In this document: positions 1 through 9,280 of the stretch, in pieces
Layout of the letters: each line of letters opens with the position of its first letter
How positions within the stretch are numbered: position 1 is the first letter of the stretch
NCBI GenBank assembly: GCA_030748435.1
Contig: JASMLZ010000068.1
Span: forward strand, 721 to 64,720
Direction of reading: 5' to 3'
From: Gammaproteobacteria bacterium
GTDB lineage: Bacteria > Pseudomonadota > Gammaproteobacteria > Pseudomonadales > Balneatricaceae
Length of the DNA stretch: 64,000 nucleotides
Position numbers and translations under genes: made by a program
Notes under the pieces: generated by a model
Told to the model about the DNA's origin: nothing
Database searches by the model: none
What the model saw: only the letters and a program-made list of their open reading frames with translations

Positions 1-84
1 TGTGACAGTCAGGGCCTAAGCCCTATAGCACCGGCCTTGCCTTATCAAGTAGAATAGGCGGTTTTATAAATAACGGTTTAAACC

Positions 85-816
85 ATGACCCTACTTAGTG
101 TAAACCTCAATAAAATCGCCTTGCTACGCAATTCCCGTGGCCGTGACTTCCCCAATGTTGGTGAATTTGCCAATAAGTTTATGGCTCTGGGAGTCAAGGG
201 CATTACCGTGCATCCGCGGCAGGATGAACGCCATATTACCAATCAGGATGCCTATGACTTAGGCGCTTTAATCGCCCCCTTGGCAGGTATAGAATACAAT
301 ATTGAGGGTTATCCTTCGGCTGATTTTCTGCGTATGGTGGAGGCAATCAAGCCTGATCAGTGTACCTTGGTACCCGATGCGCCGGGCCAGCTTACCTCTG
401 ATCATGGTTGGGATATGACCACTCAATTTGCGCAGGTGGATAGTGTTTGTCAGCATTTAAATGCTATGGGGGTGCGTAGTGCTATCTTCCTTGATGCCGA
501 TGTGGCGCAAGTGGAATTAGCCGCCAAGTCCAGTGCCCAACGCATTGAACTCTATACGGAAGACTACGCCTCCAACTGGAACACCCAGCGGCAGGCTGAG
601 GTGCTGGCCGGTTATCGGGCGGCAGCGATACGAGCGCAAGAGCTGGGTTTGGGAGTCAATGCCGGCCATGATCTGGATAGTCAGAATCTGGCAGATTTCC
701 TCACTATTCCTAATATACTTGAAGTATCCATTGGTCATGTACTAACCATTGAATGTATTGAACGTGGTATGGTCGAGGTGATTGGCCAATATCTGGATCT
801 TTGCGCCACTAATTAA
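85..816 (+). CDS. pdxJ: Pyridoxine 5'-phosphate synthase
   Basis: 243 aa. The N-terminus LSVNLNKIALLRNSRG and the motifs ITVHPRQDERHI and VNAGHDL are characteristic of PdxJ, and the length fits. Confidence 0.9.
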   Translation: MTLLSVNLNKIALLRNSRGRDFPNVGEFANKFMALGVKGITVHPRQDERHITNQDAYDLGALIAPLAGIEYNIEGYPSADFLRMVEAIKPDQCTLVPDAPGQLTSDHGWDMTTQFAQVDSVCQHLNAMGVRSAIFLDADVAQVELAAKSSAQRIELYTEDYASNWNTQRQAEVLAGYRAAAIRAQELGLGVNAGHDLDSQNLADFLTIPNILEVSIGHVLTIECIERGMVEVIGQYLDLCATN

Positions 817-851
817 CCTGTTACCCCGACCTTTGCCAAACAAGGTATGGT

Positions 852-3290
852 TTAGCCCTTCATACGCTCGCCTGCAGGATCATAGAAGCCTTGCAGGCTG
901 GCCTGGGCAGGGCAGTGTTGCTGGGCGACTTCGATACTGAAATTGGCAGTGGCTATGGCGTCTTTGCTCAGGTTAGGTATATTGACATAGCCCATACCGA
1001 TGGCTGCGCCAACAGCGTGACCATACATGCCCGAGGTCAGATAACCCACATAGTCCCCGTTCATCAGAATAGGTTCGTTGTGGTATAGCAGAGGTTCAGG
1101 GTTATGCAGCTTAAACTGCACCAGACGACGTTCAGGCAGACCTGCTGATTTTTGTTGCAAGAAGGCTTGCTTGCCGATAAAGTCTTTGGCATCCGGTTTG
1201 GCGGTAAAGCTCAGGCCGGCCTGCAGTAGATTATCTTCCGAGGCGATATCATGGCCCCAGTGCCGGAAGCCTTTTTCCAGCCGCAGGCTGTTAAGGGCAT
1301 GCAAGCCCACATTGGCTAGTTCGAACTCAGCACCCGCTTGATGAATGGCAGCGAATAACTTGGTCGCATCAGCCGCAGGTACCATAATTTCCCAACCCAG
1401 TTCGCCCACATAGCTGATACGTTGCAGCCAGCATTTGACTCCCGCGATATTGGCATAGCGACCAGTGCTAAAGGCAAACCCGGCGTTGCTTATATCTGTA
1501 TCAGCAATTTTCTGTAACGTCTTGCGGGCATTGGGGCCTTGCACCGACAAGCAGGCAAAGTCCTGACTGACGTTGGTTACCTGCACGTCACTGCCCTGCA
1601 GGTTTTTGTTCAGGTGCCACCAGTCACGGTTAAACGAACCTATACCGGTGACCACCCAGAAGCGCTCGTCGTCCATACGAGCCACGGTCAGGTCAGCTTC
1701 AATGCCGCCCCGTGTATTGAGCCATTGCGTATAGACCAGCTTGCCCACAGGTACGTCTATATCAGCGGCACTAATATGCTGCAAACTGGCCAGGGCATCT
1801 TTGCCTGTGACGGCAAATTTGCCAAACGAAGACATATCCACCATACCCACACTGTTACGCATGGCCATATGTTCAGCTGCATAGTTAGCAAACCAGTTTT
1901 GGCGCTTATAGCTATACTCGTATGCTGGCTTTTGGCCGGGCTTGGCAAACCAGTTAGGCCGTTCATAGGCACCAACTTCACCAAAGCAGGCGCCTGCATC
2001 GGTAAGGGCCTGATGGATGGGCGATAATTGCTTGTTACGGGCTGTATGATACTGGTAAAAAGGCCAGTGCATGGCATAGGTATGCCCCAGAGCTTCGGGA
2101 ATACGTTCTTGTACATAGTCATCGGTACGCTGCGCAGGATGATGGCGGCGCACATCACAATCGGTAATATCACCGGACGGATAACCATCAATTATCCAGT
2201 CGGCCATAAGCTTGCCCATACCGCCACCGGCACCAATACCCTTGGAGTTCATGCCACAGGCTACCCAGAAGTTATCCAGTTCTGGTGTTGGGCCCAACAG
2301 GTGCAGGTTATCGGCGGTAAAACTTTCCGGGCCATTAAACCAGGTGCGAATACCGACTTCGCCCAGAGTGGGAAAGGTCTCCAGACCTCGCATCAGGTAT
2401 TCTTCGATATGCTCCATATCGCATTCAAACTGATCAAAACAGAAATCTTCGGCAATGCGACTCATGGGCAGGCCCTTGGCATTGTGCTCAAACCAGCCCA
2501 CCAGCATTTTACCGGCATCTTCCTTAAAGTAGACGCCCTTGTCGAAGTCACGTAATACCGGGCGTGGTGTCAGGTCGTTGATTTCTTCTGTCACCACATA
2601 GAAGTGTTCGCAGGCATAAAGGGGTAAATCAATGCCCAGATCCTGCGCAAAATCACGGGACCAAAGCCCACCGGCCAGTACCACCTTGTTGGCCATAATG
2701 GTACCTTGATCGGTACGCACGCCCACGGCCTGACCATGTTCTACGATGATATCTTCAACCTTGGTGTTTTCCTGAATCAAAGCGCCACCCATGCGGGCAC
2801 CCTTGGCCAGAGCCATGGTGGTATCAATGGGATTGGTTTGGCCATCTTTGGCGATATAGAGGCAGCCAATAACGCCATCAGTATTAATACCAGGGTAGAT
2901 TTCCTGCAAGCGTGCATTGCTGATAAATTCCGACTCGACACCAAAAGCGGCACCCATGGAGGCGGTACGACGCAGTTCTTCCATACGCTCTTCAGTACGC
3001 GCCATGGACAGGCTGCCGATACGTTTGTAACCTGTAGCCTGGCCGGTTTCTGCTTCCAGGCTGGCATAGAGTTCATGGCTGTACTCAGCCAATTTGGTGA
3101 GCGTAGGGGTGGGCCATAACATGCTTACCAGACCAGCAGCATGCCAGGTAGTGCCGCAAGTCAGTTGCTTGCGTTCCAGTACCACCACATCTTTTACCCC
3201 CCGTTTGGTCAGATGGTAGGCAATGGAACAACCAGCGATACCACCACCGATAATAACCACTTCAGCTTTTTTGGGCAAAGCAATACTCAT
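852..3290 (-). CDS. Dimethylglycine/sarcosine dehydrogenase-family flavoprotein (DAO FAD domain plus GcvT-type folate-binding domain)
   Basis: 812 aa. N-terminal GGGIAGCS dinucleotide fold. TCGTTWHAAGL contains the histidine that carries covalent FAD in DMGDH/SARDH. The C-terminal half resembles aminomethyltransferase (YVGELGWE). Confidence 0.85.
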   Translation of the reverse strand: MSIALPKKAEVVIIGGGIAGCSIAYHLTKRGVKDVVVLERKQLTCGTTWHAAGLVSMLWPTPTLTKLAEYSHELYASLEAETGQATGYKRIGSLSMARTEERMEELRRTASMGAAFGVESEFISNARLQEIYPGINTDGVIGCLYIAKDGQTNPIDTTMALAKGARMGGALIQENTKVEDIIVEHGQAVGVRTDQGTIMANKVVLAGGLWSRDFAQDLGIDLPLYACEHFYVVTEEINDLTPRPVLRDFDKGVYFKEDAGKMLVGWFEHNAKGLPMSRIAEDFCFDQFECDMEHIEEYLMRGLETFPTLGEVGIRTWFNGPESFTADNLHLLGPTPELDNFWVACGMNSKGIGAGGGMGKLMADWIIDGYPSGDITDCDVRRHHPAQRTDDYVQERIPEALGHTYAMHWPFYQYHTARNKQLSPIHQALTDAGACFGEVGAYERPNWFAKPGQKPAYEYSYKRQNWFANYAAEHMAMRNSVGMVDMSSFGKFAVTGKDALASLQHISAADIDVPVGKLVYTQWLNTRGGIEADLTVARMDDERFWVVTGIGSFNRDWWHLNKNLQGSDVQVTNVSQDFACLSVQGPNARKTLQKIADTDISNAGFAFSTGRYANIAGVKCWLQRISYVGELGWEIMVPAADATKLFAAIHQAGAEFELANVGLHALNSLRLEKGFRHWGHDIASEDNLLQAGLSFTAKPDAKDFIGKQAFLQQKSAGLPERRLVQFKLHNPEPLLYHNEPILMNGDYVGYLTSGMYGHAVGAAIGMGYVNIPNLSKDAIATANFSIEVAQQHCPAQASLQGFYDPAGERMKG

Positions 3291-3320
3291 AAGTATAATC
3301 CTGTTTGTTATGTCGGTCAG

Positions 3321-3364
3321 ATGTAGGTCAACATAGTCGGGTTAAAACCCGACACATAAATGTA
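3321..3364. repeat. REP-like hairpin element, copy 1 (tgtaggtc ... gtcgggtt-aa-aacccgac ... acataaatgta)
   Basis: Intergenic, between the two dehydrogenase genes. Stem GTCGGG/CCCGAC lies at 3336-3353. A near-identical element is at 11614-11650. Confidence 0.6.
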
Positions 3365-3381
3365 ATCGAAAATTGCCTTGA

Positions 3382-5805
3382 TCAGGCGCGTAGTTTTGCG
3401 TTGTCTGGATCGTAGGCCGCATCTATCTCAACGTGGCAGTGACGCCTGCCCAGAGACGTTTCTACGGTTAATCTGGTTCCTGCCTGCGCATGCTCGGGTG
3501 TTACATAGGCAAAAGCCAGGCTCTTGCCCACGCGAAAACCATAAGCACCGCCGGTGATAATGCCGGTTAGTTTGCCGTTGGCAAATACGGCTTCGTTGCC
3601 AAAACATTCGGCGGGTACAGCATCATCAAATACCAGATAGGCCAACTGCATGCTGATACCGTCAGCCTGACGCTGACGTATATTATCGGCGCCAATAAAG
3701 TCACGGCTAAGGTCAAGAAAGCGTTCCATGCCAGCTTCGAGGCCGGAAATTTCTTCGGTAAACTCATGGCCATAGGCACGATAGGCTTTTTCCATACGCA
3801 TAGAGTTAAAGGCGCGACTGCCAAAGTTGCGCAGCCCTAATGGTTCACCAAATTCCATCAGCGATTCATAAATAGAAATCAACTGCCAGACGGGCATATG
3901 CAGCTCCCAGCCTAGTTCACCAGCGTAGGATACGCGCATGGCGAATACCGGGGCCGAATCCAGTTGTATCGTTTTACAGGACAACCAGGGGAAGGCACTA
4001 TTGGACAGGTCTTCCATAGTGATCTGTTGCAAGATATCACGGGCCTTGGGTCCGGTTAGCAGCAAGCCGCCCCAGCTTTCGGTAATATCTTCGATGTGTA
4101 CATTCAGATCGCCTTGATGCCATTGCAGCCATTGATAATCTTTGATTTGTGAGCCAATGGCACCCATCAGTAAAAATTCATTGTCACTGATACGGCTAAT
4201 GGATTGCTCCGCCATAATGCCCCCCTTGGGGGCGTGGAACAGGGTTAAGCCAATGCGGCCATTCTTTTGTGGCAGCTTGTTACAGGACAACTGATCCAGA
4301 AATGCGTAGGCGTCAGGGCCGGTTATACGGAATTTGGCGCTACCACTTAGATCGGTAATGCCACAGGCCTCTTGCACCGCAGCACATTCGGCGGCGACGA
4401 TTGGGTGGGCTTCATTATGGGCCCAGCTTTCACTTTCGCTCTGTACTTGCGCCGTGTGGAACCAGGCTGGTTTTTCGTAGCCAGCCGTAACAAAGTGTTC
4501 AGCTCCGGCTTGTTGCATGACGACATGCAGTGGGCTGGTACGAATGGGGCGGCCATGGGGGCGGTTTTCTGTAGGGGCTGCGCTGGAGTACATGCGCTCA
4601 TAGGATTCGATAGCCCGGGTGATACAGTAGTTTTTATCAGCCCAGGGGCCAAAGCGGCGGCTGTCAAGGCTGGCCATATTAAGTTCAGTTTGGCCATGTA
4701 CCATCCATTGGGCCATATACTTGCCTATGCCTCCCTGAGCAATGCCGATAGAGGCTCCGGAGAGCATCCAGAAGTTGCGTACTTCGGCGGCTGGACCACA
4801 CAGGAAATTGTCGTCTGGTGTATGAGTAATGGCGCCATTAATTATCGTGCGCACACCCACTTCGGCAAAATAGGGGGCCAGGTCCATACAGCGATCCAAA
4901 AACGGCATAATGCGCTCCAGATCACCTTCAAACAGGCCGCGGTCAAAGGACCAGTCCATGCCCCTCAGAGCCCAAGGCTTGGCGCCTCGGGTTTCATAGG
5001 GCCCTACCAGAAAGCCATTGCCTTCCTGACGAATATAGGAGGCTGCCCAGGAATCACGTACCACAGGCAGTTCACGGGTCAGCTTGGCCAATTCCGGGTG
5101 ATCATCGGTAACTAGATACTGATGTTCCACATTCACCAGTGGCACATGCACACCCACCATAGCACCCACTTCAGGCGCAAAACAGCCGCCACAGTTGACC
5201 ACATGTTCGGCGACAATGGTGCCTTTCTCGGTGATCACTTCAAATTCACCGTTATCCATCACATTGATGTCAATAACACGGTTAAAGCGGCTTATGGTGG
5301 CCCCGGCTTCGCGGGCTAGCTGACCTAATGGCATAATGACAGAAGTGGGGTCGACATGGCCATCGTTGGGTGTATGTAAAATGGCTCTAGCATTAGGAAA
5401 AGTCATTACCTGAGCTATATCAGCGGCTTCTTCTTTGGACACCCAATTCATTTCGCAACCAATATTGGCGGCCCTGCTTTTGATATTACGGAACCATTGT
5501 TCTTCTACTTCAGAATAAGCAACACGCAGGGAACCTGTGGTATGAAAACTGGATGGTAACCCCGTCTTAGCGGGTAAAATCTTGTCATACAGTTCAATGG
5601 TGTAGTCGTGAATTTTGGACAGGGTATGGTTGCCGTTAAAGTTTGGGCATAAGCCGGCGGCATGCCAGGTGGAACCACTGGTTAATTCGCCTTTTTCTAC
5701 CAGTACGATATCAGTCCAGCCTTCTTCGGTCAGATGGTAAGCCAGGTTAACGCCGAGGGAACCACCACCAACAATAACAACGCGAGCGTGTGAGGGTAAA
5801 GACAT
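3382..5805 (-). CDS. Second dimethylglycine/sarcosine dehydrogenase-family flavoprotein (DAO plus GcvT-type folate-binding domain)
   Basis: 807 aa and a paralog of 852-3290. It has VVGGGSLG, SGSTWHAAGL and a C-terminal YAGELGWE aminomethyltransferase-like domain. Confidence 0.85.
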   Translation of the reverse strand: MSLPSHARVVIVGGGSLGVNLAYHLTEEGWTDIVLVEKGELTSGSTWHAAGLCPNFNGNHTLSKIHDYTIELYDKILPAKTGLPSSFHTTGSLRVAYSEVEEQWFRNIKSRAANIGCEMNWVSKEEAADIAQVMTFPNARAILHTPNDGHVDPTSVIMPLGQLAREAGATISRFNRVIDINVMDNGEFEVITEKGTIVAEHVVNCGGCFAPEVGAMVGVHVPLVNVEHQYLVTDDHPELAKLTRELPVVRDSWAASYIRQEGNGFLVGPYETRGAKPWALRGMDWSFDRGLFEGDLERIMPFLDRCMDLAPYFAEVGVRTIINGAITHTPDDNFLCGPAAEVRNFWMLSGASIGIAQGGIGKYMAQWMVHGQTELNMASLDSRRFGPWADKNYCITRAIESYERMYSSAAPTENRPHGRPIRTSPLHVVMQQAGAEHFVTAGYEKPAWFHTAQVQSESESWAHNEAHPIVAAECAAVQEACGITDLSGSAKFRITGPDAYAFLDQLSCNKLPQKNGRIGLTLFHAPKGGIMAEQSISRISDNEFLLMGAIGSQIKDYQWLQWHQGDLNVHIEDITESWGGLLLTGPKARDILQQITMEDLSNSAFPWLSCKTIQLDSAPVFAMRVSYAGELGWELHMPVWQLISIYESLMEFGEPLGLRNFGSRAFNSMRMEKAYRAYGHEFTEEISGLEAGMERFLDLSRDFIGADNIRQRQADGISMQLAYLVFDDAVPAECFGNEAVFANGKLTGIITGGAYGFRVGKSLAFAYVTPEHAQAGTRLTVETSLGRRHCHVEIDAAYDPDNAKLRA

Positions 5806-5822
5806 AGTACAACTCCTTGGTT

Positions 5823-7370
5823 TTATTCTGCGCGGCCAATCTGGGCTCGGCTAATGCGAATATTGAAGGCTTTACGGATGGCCATATCGGTAGCATCATC
5901 CACGTGCATCGGAAAATGCTCGGCCAGAATTTTTTCTTTTAAAGCAATAGCCTTATCCAGCAATACTGGTTTGTTGGCTTCTTGCCATTGATTGGGGCTA
6001 AGGCGGTCACCCAATTGTGGATAGATATATTCGCTCTGCATAACCTGCAGAGTTTGGCTGGAGCCCAGATAGTGGCCCTTGTTATTTAAACAGACATCTT
6101 TTATCACAGCAAAGCCAAGGGCTTCTTCGTTCACCTGTAACCCCTTAGTCATGCGCAGGCAAGCGCCAAGTACATCATTATCCATCAACAGGCTTTCCGG
6201 ACAAACCCCCATCAGGCTGGCATACATGCCTGCGGCTTCATATACCACATTGGCTCCGGCCATGGCCGCTGCTCCAGCGGTATAGGCGCGCTCGGCACCG
6301 GCTTGAAAATCGGGTAATTTGGCATCCGTCATGCCACTGGCTGTGCCAGTTGGCAGATCAAAATAATTACCCATTTGTACGCAGGCAGCTGACAAGATAC
6401 CTTGCTCTGGTGAGCCGCCACTCATGGCCCCTGTGCGCAGGTCCGAAACAAATGGCCAGGTACCAATAATAGCTGCTGCGCCGGGTTTGATAGCATTGAC
6501 ATAGACCAGCCCCCCCAGGCACTCCGCCCAGGCTTGGGATACGGCACCGGCCAGTAAGGCAGGAGAGGTGGCTCCGGCCTGACCTGCAGATAGCAGTAGA
6601 ATGGGCATACCACCTTCTACACCCACCCGCAGGCATTCCAGAGACTCTTCAGCAAAAGTCATAGGTGGCACCACAAAGCAGTTGGACATGGAAACAAAAG
6701 GCCGTGCGCGCCACTGTTGTTCACTACCGGCAACCATATGCAGCATCTGCAAACCTTCAGCCACATGGGCCGCATCGGTAAAACTGGTACCAATATGTTT
6801 ACTGGTACCCATAACGGCTTCATAAAGGGTATTTAAATCCAGTTCCCGCGGGTCAGTAATGTCACGTAATACACAGGTACGCTGGAACATATGGATATGT
6901 TCGCATTGATCAGTAATGCGCGCCATATTATAGAGGTCAGAGGTAATGGGATCGCGATAACTATTGGTAGAGGGATCGGCAATATGCACCGCAGCCCCAG
7001 CCGTAGAGAAGTGCACTCTCTGGCCACTTAATTCAAGGTCATGCTTAGGGCTGATACCATGCAAAGTAAGGTTACGCTGGGCCGTTTGTATGGTACGTTC
7101 TACCAGTTCGCGAGGCATCCGCAGGCGCCCGTCTTCTCCCAGTTCTGCTCCAGCAGCCACGCAGGCTGTAATACAATGTGGCGTAGCACGGGCAAAACCG
7201 ATTTCAGCCAAAATACGGTAGGCATTATCAGCTATTGCTGCCATATCGTCAGGCTTAAGTGGTGTATAACTGCCACCAACTTCTCCCGCACGAACGGGTT
7301 TTATCTCTTCAGCAAGGGGCGCTTGCCGTTCTGCTAAACGGGCAGAGCGACCGCCAGATCTGCGAGCCAT
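5823..7370 (-). CDS. MttB-superfamily methyltransferase (trimethylamine methyltransferase family, non-pyrrolysine type)
   Basis: 515 aa. The arginine-rich N-terminus (RRSGGRSARLAERQ) and overall length are typical of MttB-family TIM-barrel proteins. The reading frame has no in-frame TAG, so this is not a Pyl enzyme. An RBS-like aggata lies upstream of the ATG. Confidence 0.8.
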   Translation of the reverse strand: MARRSGGRSARLAERQAPLAEEIKPVRAGEVGGSYTPLKPDDMAAIADNAYRILAEIGFARATPHCITACVAAGAELGEDGRLRMPRELVERTIQTAQRNLTLHGISPKHDLELSGQRVHFSTAGAAVHIADPSTNSYRDPITSDLYNMARITDQCEHIHMFQRTCVLRDITDPRELDLNTLYEAVMGTSKHIGTSFTDAAHVAEGLQMLHMVAGSEQQWRARPFVSMSNCFVVPPMTFAEESLECLRVGVEGGMPILLLSAGQAGATSPALLAGAVSQAWAECLGGLVYVNAIKPGAAAIIGTWPFVSDLRTGAMSGGSPEQGILSAACVQMGNYFDLPTGTASGMTDAKLPDFQAGAERAYTAGAAAMAGANVVYEAAGMYASLMGVCPESLLMDNDVLGACLRMTKGLQVNEEALGFAVIKDVCLNNKGHYLGSSQTLQVMQSEYIYPQLGDRLSPNQWQEANKPVLLDKAIALKEKILAEHFPMHVDDATDMAIRKAFNIRISRAQIGRAE

Positions 7371-7599
7371 ATGATTATCCTATAGCTAAAGACCTTCGCA
7401 CAATGTGGCCCTGTGGTGGTTTTCAAAACGTACTTTTGCGTGCGTTTTTGCCTTGTCACAGGAAAAAATCCCGGCTCGTGCAAAGCTCTCTGTTAGTGTT
7501 TTTATTCTTGCCTTGGCCTCATGCTATCAGGGCAATATTTATCAGGCTTATAGTCGCGATTTTTGGCGTTACTTGCAATTGATAATTTTTTAATTTGAT

Positions 7600-7614
7600 A
7601 TTAGAATTTCTAAT
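7600..7614. promoter_or_regulatory. Candidate LysR operator (T-N11-A box, ATTAGAA-T-TTCTAAT)
   Basis: Perfect 7-bp inverted repeat that fits T-N11-A. It sits in the divergent region between the mttB-like operon and the LysR gene. Confidence 0.45.
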
Positions 7615-7640
7615 CATCAATAATAATAAAGTCCAAGCCT

Positions 7641-8531
7641 GTGGCTCGCAAACTACCCCCATTAAATAGCCTTCGTGCCTTTGAAGCAGCTGCTCGTCAT
7701 TTAAGTTTTACTCGTGCTGCTGATGAATTGTGTGTAACCCAGGCAGCGGTGAGCCACCAAGTAAAGTCTTTGGAAGACCATCTGGATAAGGCTTTGTTTA
7801 TTCGATCCCCGCGTAAATTGCAGTTAACAGAATATGGTCAGCGTTTGTTGCCGGTGTTGGTGGAGAGTCTGGATAATATAGCCGATGTTATCAAAGACCT
7901 GCAACTGGAAGAGTCGCGGGGCATGGTCAAGATACGTTTGGCACCATCTTTTTCTGCTAAGTGGTTATCTCCCAAGTTGATGGATTTCTGGCATCAGTAC
8001 CCTGAGGTCAGCTTATCCATGTACCATGGCAAGCAGGCCGTCGATTTTGTCCGTGAAGATATCGACTTGGCGGTGACTTATGGGCGTGGTTATTGGCCCG
8101 GTGTGGAGTCGTATCCCATTATGAAACTGGATTACTTTCCCGTGGCCAGTCCTGAGTATCTGGCTAGCCGTCCACCTATCCGGGCCTATGAGCAAATGGC
8201 TGAATATTATCTGTTACACGATGGTGATCATGAGTCTTGGTTGGCCTGGTATCGTCAGGTAGGGCTACCTGATATAACCTTGAAGAGCGGTTATATTTTT
8301 GATGATACCAATGTGCTTATTCAAGGAGCCATTGATGGCCAAGGCTTTGCCTTGTGTTCCAGCCAGTTTGTTAGCGATCATTTGCAGTCAGGCAGGTTGG
8401 TAAAAGTGTTTGAGGAAACTCTGGAAACCGATTATGCCTATTATGTATGCTGTCCACCCAGCCATTTAAAACGCCCCGGGGTGTGTGAATTTAGGGATTG
8501 GATGGTGGCTCAATCTGAGCTAACAGCATAA
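7641..8531 (+). CDS. LysR-family transcriptional regulator (GcvA-like)
   Basis: 296 aa with a GTG start. The N-terminal KLPPLNSLRAFEAAARHLSFTRAADELCVTQAAVSHQV is a classic LysR HTH of the GcvA/AmpR subgroup. It is divergent from the mttB-like operon. Confidence 0.85.
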   Translation: MARKLPPLNSLRAFEAAARHLSFTRAADELCVTQAAVSHQVKSLEDHLDKALFIRSPRKLQLTEYGQRLLPVLVESLDNIADVIKDLQLEESRGMVKIRLAPSFSAKWLSPKLMDFWHQYPEVSLSMYHGKQAVDFVREDIDLAVTYGRGYWPGVESYPIMKLDYFPVASPEYLASRPPIRAYEQMAEYYLLHDGDHESWLAWYRQVGLPDITLKSGYIFDDTNVLIQGAIDGQGFALCSSQFVSDHLQSGRLVKVFEETLETDYAYYVCCPPSHLKRPGVCEFRDWMVAQSELTA

Positions 8532-9208
8532 TTGCGACCAATGGAACAGGCGCAGATGCGGCTTAGGCGGGTAAAGGAATAACCGGTTTGTTGATGCCAG
8601 TCATTAAACAGGGCCTGCACTTTTTTCTGATCACGCTGACTGGTGGGATGTTCGGCGATATCCAAACCGGCATCGCGCAAGCACATGCTGACATCACCTG
8701 TTAGCAAATAGGCGTCTACCCCCATATTGCGCAGCATACGCGGGCCGCTCATGCCTCCCAGACGTGAACCGTGTTTTTTCAAGTGTTGGCAAAGGCCTAG
8801 AAAATTCTCGTGGGGCCAGTCGGCTACCATGCTGGCGAAACTGCCATACTCTTGCTGTTGATCATAAATATACAGGGCGTTGGCAAATACGCTGTTGATT
8901 TTTTGATAATTACGCACAATGCGTTGGTCTTTGCCCATAGCCTCCACCTGTTCAGGGCTTAACAGCAACAGTTTTTCTGGGTCAAAGCTCAAAAATACAC
9001 TCTCAAATGCAGGCCATTTTCTGTCAATAACGCGCCATACAAAACCGGCTTGAAAGACGACCTTGGCCATCATGGAAAGATAGCGGTGATCTTGTAATTG
9101 TTGCAGTTGCGAGGCTGGAATAGGTTCCTCCAGACGCTCTGCCAAGCCCTCTGGACTGCCGTTGCGGTTCAGTGCCCGGTTGTAAATTGGGGTGAAGTCG
9201 ATGCGCAT
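8510..9208 (-). CDS. DNA-3-methyladenine glycosylase I (Tag)-like protein, divergent
   Basis: The core (VVFQAGFVWRVIDRKWPAFESVFLSFDPEKLLLLSPEQVEAMGKDQRIVRNYQKINSVFANA) aligns with the E. coli Tag helix-hairpin-helix core as I remember it. I moved the start to the ATG at 9208, which is preceded by AGGAG at a 6-nt spacing. Confidence 0.5.
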   Translation of the reverse strand: MRIDFTPIYNRALNRNGSPEGLAERLEEPIPASQLQQLQDHRYLSMMAKVVFQAGFVWRVIDRKWPAFESVFLSFDPEKLLLLSPEQVEAMGKDQRIVRNYQKINSVFANALYIYDQQQEYGSFASMVADWPHENFLGLCQHLKKHGSRLGGMSGPRMLRNMGVDAYLLTGDVSMCLRDAGLDIAEHPTSQRDQKKVQALFNDWHQQTGYSFTRLSRICACSIGRNYAVSSD

Positions 9209-9280
9209 ACAGGTCTCCTGCCCAGTTGGAATCGCCACTGCTAAATGCAGATTGCTAACTAGTATAGCAAGTGCTGAGCG

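Noticed and set aside
5823-7370. Pyrrolysine (in-frame amber) in the MttB genes or selenocysteine (in-frame TGA) in fdsA.
   Set aside because: Both MttB ORFs and fdsA are uninterrupted in the ORF track. fdsA has Cys at the active-site position (HCTRLCHA). No pyl or sel genes occur in the window.
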